DNA from: an uncultured virus (IMG/VR IMGVR_UViG_3300031912_000006)
Taxonomy: Duplodnaviria > Heunggongvirae > Uroviricota > Caudoviricetes
Direction: 5' to 3' (one strand)
Virus record (IMG/VR): IMGVR_UViG_3300031912_000006
Length of the DNA: 20,000 bases
Position numbers and translations under genes: made by a program. Below the pieces are notes generated by a model. That model did not search any database. It saw only the letters and a list, made by a program, of their open reading frames with translations, and was not told where the DNA came from. This document shows positions 17,012-20,000 of the stretch, one piece after another. The stretch's first letter is position 1. Every line of letters starts with the position of its first letter.

Positions 17012-17100
17012 CCCTTTCGGTTATTGGGTTTTGGAGTCAGCAACAACTGCCCCTGAAACCGCAGTGGCGAAACCACTACGGAATCAGCAACTTTCGTTGC
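17012..17100 (-). promoter_or_regulatory. Hairpin-leader unit 1
   Basis: Interrupted stem GCAACGA..CTGA-TT-CCGTAGTGG/CCACTGCGG-TT-TCAG..TTGTTGC; then CCAAAACCCAATAACCGAAAGGG. Confidence 0.8.
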
Positions 17101-17261
17101 CCCAACAACAACCATAGAATAGGATTTCGGCGCGTCTGGGTCCCTACGGCCATGGTCGCCGTAGTCCTCTCTCGCGCCTTATTAACTAGACCATCTAAAC
17201 CTACCGCCCGCGCCGTACTAGGTACGCGATCCCCATTGCTTTAGGCCGCCGGGTAACAGTT

Positions 17262-17277
17262 CCGGTTCGGGCTAGCC
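17262..17277. repeat. CCGGTTCGGGCTAGCC (copy 2)
   Basis: 16/16 identical to 12303-12318. Confidence 0.6.
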
Positions 17278-17398
17278 ATCTCCGCGCCTCTCACGCGCGG
17301 TCTATCTCCCTTACCAGCTTCGCGGTATTTAGTTGGTCCCGGCTTCGCCGGTAGGTCTGACTATACCCTCTGACCAGGTCTGACGCTACTCCTAATCG

Positions 17399-17412
17399 GC
17401 CCGGTTCGGGCT
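17399..17412. repeat. GCCCGGTTCGGGCT (copy 3)
   Basis: 14/14 identical to 12301-12314. Confidence 0.6.
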
Positions 17413-17582
17413 GATCCGGCCTGGTGGCGCGTAACCAGCTGTTTTAGGTGCGCCGGTACGCCTACCCACCGGAGCCGTTCTCGTTGGTCCCTGGCCAAAT
17501 CCTGGCCATCCGGCTACCTCCTAGCTCGTCGCCGGGGTTACCGTATCGCTAGGGTCCGACGAGCTACCGGAACGGAGTTAGG

Positions 17583-17825
17583 TTGCCTAAGCAAATAACG
17601 GTCTACACCAAGCCGGATTGCGTGCAGTGCGAGTACACGAAGAAGTGGTTGGCGCGAAGATCATTGCCGTTCAACGAGATTGACGTGGTTGAGCACCCTG
17701 TGTTCGCCGAACAGCTTCGGGAACAAGGGATTTCACAAATGCCCTACGTCGTGGCCGGTGACCAGAAGTGGTCCGGCTTTAAGCTGGACCGCATACGTGG
17801 ACTGGACCCGAAAGACTACAGCTGA
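17583..17825 (+). CDS. nrdH: NrdH-like glutaredoxin
   Basis: ITVYTKPDCVQC...MPYVVAG...WSGFKLDRI; GGAG before the TTG start. Confidence 0.92.
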   Translation: MPKQITVYTKPDCVQCEYTKKWLARRSLPFNEIDVVEHPVFAEQLREQGISQMPYVVAGDQKWSGFKLDRIRGLDPKDYS

Positions 17826-18262
17826 TCGCGCATGTGATCGCGGCTCTGCTTGATACCCGCTAGATGCTTCTTCATGTCTACGCCTGGTGGGTTGCTGATC
17901 GGCCGCGAGTGCGTGATGACTCTTGGTGGCTTCTTCGGCTGACCGATTAGCCACGTGCTGACATCTTCGTCTGTGGGCGGGTTGGTCGCTTCCCAGCGCT
18001 CGTTCACCAAATTCACTGCATCGTTGTGGGATAGCTGTAGCCGCTTCTCAAGTGTTTCAACAGCCAAGTCGAATATCTCTTTGTCCTCTGCTTCAAACTT
18101 GTTGTCGTCCCACATATCTCCAGTAAGCAGTTCAAGCAACGCCCGCATCTTGAGGTTCTCAAGCGTCATGACCACGAGCTTGCGTTCAAGCATGCCTATG
18201 TAGCGGCCTGTCTCGTTGTTATAAACGAGGTCTATCAGTGGGTGTCTGGTCGGTGCCATCAT
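17816..18262 (-). CDS. Hypothetical protein downstream of lysin B
   Basis: AAGGAG followed by ATGATG overlapping the lysB stop; no transmembrane segment. Confidence 0.75.
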   Translation of the reverse strand: MMAPTRHPLIDLVYNNETGRYIGMLERKLVVMTLENLKMRALLELLTGDMWDDNKFEAEDKEIFDLAVETLEKRLQLSHNDAVNLVNERWEATNPPTDEDVSTWLIGQPKKPPRVITHSRPISNPPGVDMKKHLAGIKQSRDHMRDQL

Positions 18263-19179
18263 GCTCCTTGGTAGGCTCTTACCCAATCGTGGACGTGCTG
18301 TATTCCTAGTCCGACGTAAGTCATGCCAGGCCACACTTCTCGCACATGGTATTCACAATGCGGCGCTGTCGGGAACGGCGGTGAACAGAAGAATATCAAC
18401 GCATCGACGGCTGCCGCTATAGCTGCTGAAATACCTCTCACCGTGATCAGTCGATCAGTCAATGGTTGTATTTGTAATATCTCTGCCTCTGACAACTCTG
18501 CTGAACCAGGATCGTTGCCTGTTTTGGCGACTACTTGAGATTCAATATCATCCCAAGCATTCCCATCCAAATTCTGAGCTACCTCAACACAATTGCCCGC
18601 AAACGTGCGGGCGAACTCAACCGCACCACTATGCATTTCCATCTCTGTGCACAGCGTGTAAACGTCGCGTTGAATCTCGCCGGTAAGCCCACGAGCGCTG
18701 GTGCCGTATAAGTCGCCTGGTTCGATCAGTTCGCACCAGTCCCAATCCATCTGAGGCAAGCGGAACTCAGCTATGCCTTCAACTGGCGTGGGTGGCCCAC
18801 CGAAATAGGTGCTGTGCTCGTGACGGCTAGGGTTACCAAAAGCGTAGCCGCACACGTAATTTGACCTCAGATACGCAAGTCGGCCACCAGGCTCAAATTC
18901 CATGCGTATCCGGCTAGCGCACTCGCCACCTTGGCTATACCCGCCCAACACCACAGGCCTATCCTCATGAGCCATGATCCACTCTACGGCCCAATCAACA
19001 CCTATCTCAACAGATTCCGCATAGCTCGGCGCTCGGAAGTCGCCAGGCGGTATCGGCCCAAAGCTCCACGGAGCCTGTACAGGTATCTCGTCGCCAACAT
19101 CAGCGCAGGCACGGGCAACGTCGCTCGGGTAGCCGACACCTGGTGCGGCCCAAGTACCGGAGCACGTGAGGATTGCCAC
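18259..19179 (-). CDS. lysB: Lysin B (cutinase/PE-PPE-like alpha/beta hydrolase)
   Basis: SGTW, nucleophile motif GGYSQGG, FGNPSR, GDLY and PHCEY; directly follows lysin A. Confidence 0.88.
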   Translation of the reverse strand: MAILTCSGTWAAPGVGYPSDVARACADVGDEIPVQAPWSFGPIPPGDFRAPSYAESVEIGVDWAVEWIMAHEDRPVVLGGYSQGGECASRIRMEFEPGGRLAYLRSNYVCGYAFGNPSRHEHSTYFGGPPTPVEGIAEFRLPQMDWDWCELIEPGDLYGTSARGLTGEIQRDVYTLCTEMEMHSGAVEFARTFAGNCVEVAQNLDGNAWDDIESQVVAKTGNDPGSAELSEAEILQIQPLTDRLITVRGISAAIAAAVDALIFFCSPPFPTAPHCEYHVREVWPGMTYVGLGIQHVHDWVRAYQGA

Positions 19180-19193
19180 CCGTCCTGTCGGCT

Positions 19194-19943
19194 TTATTGG
19201 CGGCTCTGTAAAGGGGGCTCACCACCTTCAACGGTGTTCTTGATTGAAGCTGTAGCATCGACCAGCGTCAGGTCTTCACCAGCCGCGTTCTGGCCAAGCT
19301 GCGGCCATGGGCCTAGCTGGCGTTCGATGTTATCAACCTTGCGTACCAGATCGTTCCATTCCTCTTGTGTGGGCACTTCGGCTTCTCCTTTGATAGTGCT
19401 GTAACAGAATCCTTTTGGTGGTATGAGAGTACATAGTTGATCGAAGCTAATCCAGTATTCCCAAGGCCAAAAGCCAGAATCCGCAACATAAACGGCGCCA
19501 CCTGGATATTGATCGTCATATCCGACAACACTTGTGTAGTGGTAGGTGTCGCTGTAGTCGCTGTAGTTTGGTGAGTCTGATCCCTTGATCCCTACTGGAT
19601 TGTTGTTGGGCGGAACTTGCCAGTTAGTTACAAGCGAGTAGCCGGCATTGATAGAACCAACGATGCCTAGCTCCCAAAACCTTTGCTTCTTTTGGTCATC
19701 CGGGTAGCTATCCGCATATACAGAGTCATACGGACGTTCTGGCAGCCTACCGTTAAGGCAATTCTCAATCAGCCCAACATAATCGGTGCCGCCCTGGTGG
19801 GTACCGCATTCCTCTGCTAGTATCCATTCTTCGACGTAGATACCCCGACAACTCAGTGCCACTTGGGCACTCGCAGGCCCACACCAGTAGCCAGTTTCCT
19901 GCGGTATGATACCGTGATCAAATGGTAGAATGATTTCAGTCAT
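19194..19943 (-). CDS. lysA: Lysin A: C39-like cysteine peptidase plus short C-terminal wall-binding motif
   Basis: PQETGYWCGPAS (catalytic Cys), HYTSVVGYD, VADSG; C-terminal GPWPQLG...LTLVDA typical of actinophage endolysins. Confidence 0.85.
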   Translation of the reverse strand: MTEIILPFDHGIIPQETGYWCGPASAQVALSCRGIYVEEWILAEECGTHQGGTDYVGLIENCLNGRLPERPYDSVYADSYPDDQKKQRFWELGIVGSINAGYSLVTNWQVPPNNNPVGIKGSDSPNYSDYSDTYHYTSVVGYDDQYPGGAVYVADSGFWPWEYWISFDQLCTLIPPKGFCYSTIKGEAEVPTQEEWNDLVRKVDNIERQLGPWPQLGQNAAGEDLTLVDATASIKNTVEGGEPPLQSRQ

Positions 19944-20000
19944 GGTGTTCCTTCCGGTTCTCTCAAACCAAGCGGCGGTTCCGCTGTCGGTGGTCCAGGT
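19940..20000 (-). CDS. 3' end of an upstream ORF (partial)
   Basis: Open frame ...PGPPTAEPPLGLREPEGTP* whose TGA overlaps the lysin A ATG. Confidence 0.4.
   Translation of the reverse strand, partial: PGPPTAEPPLGLREPEGTP

Larger units (their letters stand above)
17101..17582. promoter_or_regulatory. Divergent non-coding control region with candidate leftward -10 boxes (TATTCT 17116-17121, TATAGT 17360-17365)
   Basis: No credible ORF; lies between divergently transcribed genes; several direct and inverted repeats. Confidence 0.6.
1..20000. mobile_element. Tailed bacteriophage genome segment (actinobacteriophage, probably mycobacteriophage): lysis, early/accessory and replication modules
   Basis: Dense co-oriented genes with ATGA/TGATG overlaps; lysin A and lysin B, SNF2 helicase, Cas4-like nuclease, AAA ATPase, DnaE, HNH; no host housekeeping genes. 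Confidence 0.95.

Noticed and set aside
8297..17034. CRISPR-like array formed by the repeats, with the Cas4-like nuclease as partner
   Set aside because: Repeats are separated by whole genes at irregular 0.3-4 kb spacing and sit at ribosome-binding sites; no cas1/cas2; solo Cas4-like nucleases beside AAA and SSB genes are ordinary phage recombination genes
12200..17100. Hairpins as classical rho-independent terminators
   Set aside because: No U-tract follows on the coding strand, and there is little room for a new promoter before the next SD; U-less termination is not fully excluded
17101..17582. tRNA or known ncRNA gene in the large intergenic region
   Set aside because: No cloverleaf with a GTTCRA T-loop and acceptor stem could be built; the GGTTCG hits belong to the palindromic repeat

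Overview
Segment of a tailed actinobacteriophage genome, most likely a mycobacteriophage (LysB-type esterase; SD sequences matching the actinobacterial 16S tail). Almost all genes are on the - strand. In transcription order (right to left): lysis genes (C39-peptidase lysin A, lysin B, one hypothetical); a lone oppositely oriented NrdH-like glutaredoxin; a ~570-nt non-coding control region; a run of small early/accessory genes (DUF6011-like, DUF2786-like, a Cys-rich exported protein); SNF2 helicase; two HTH proteins; Cas4/RecB-like nuclease, AAA_24 ATPase and SSB-like protein; FAD oxidoreductase; Nmad1-like protein; HNH endonuclease; and a DnaE polymerase split into PHP and catalytic ORFs. Two signals stand out. 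(1) The PHP ORF has an in-frame GGT-TGA-GGT inside the conserved TEHG-N motif, about 130 nt from an AT-rich HNH gene. This resembles a minimal stop-hop plus homing-endonuclease cassette. (2) Eight intergenic units each pair a strand-specific, covarying RNA hairpin with an AC-rich leader and extended SD (CCAAAACCCAACAACCGAAAGGG), 5-8 nt before a start codon. All family assignments come from motif recognition, not database searches.
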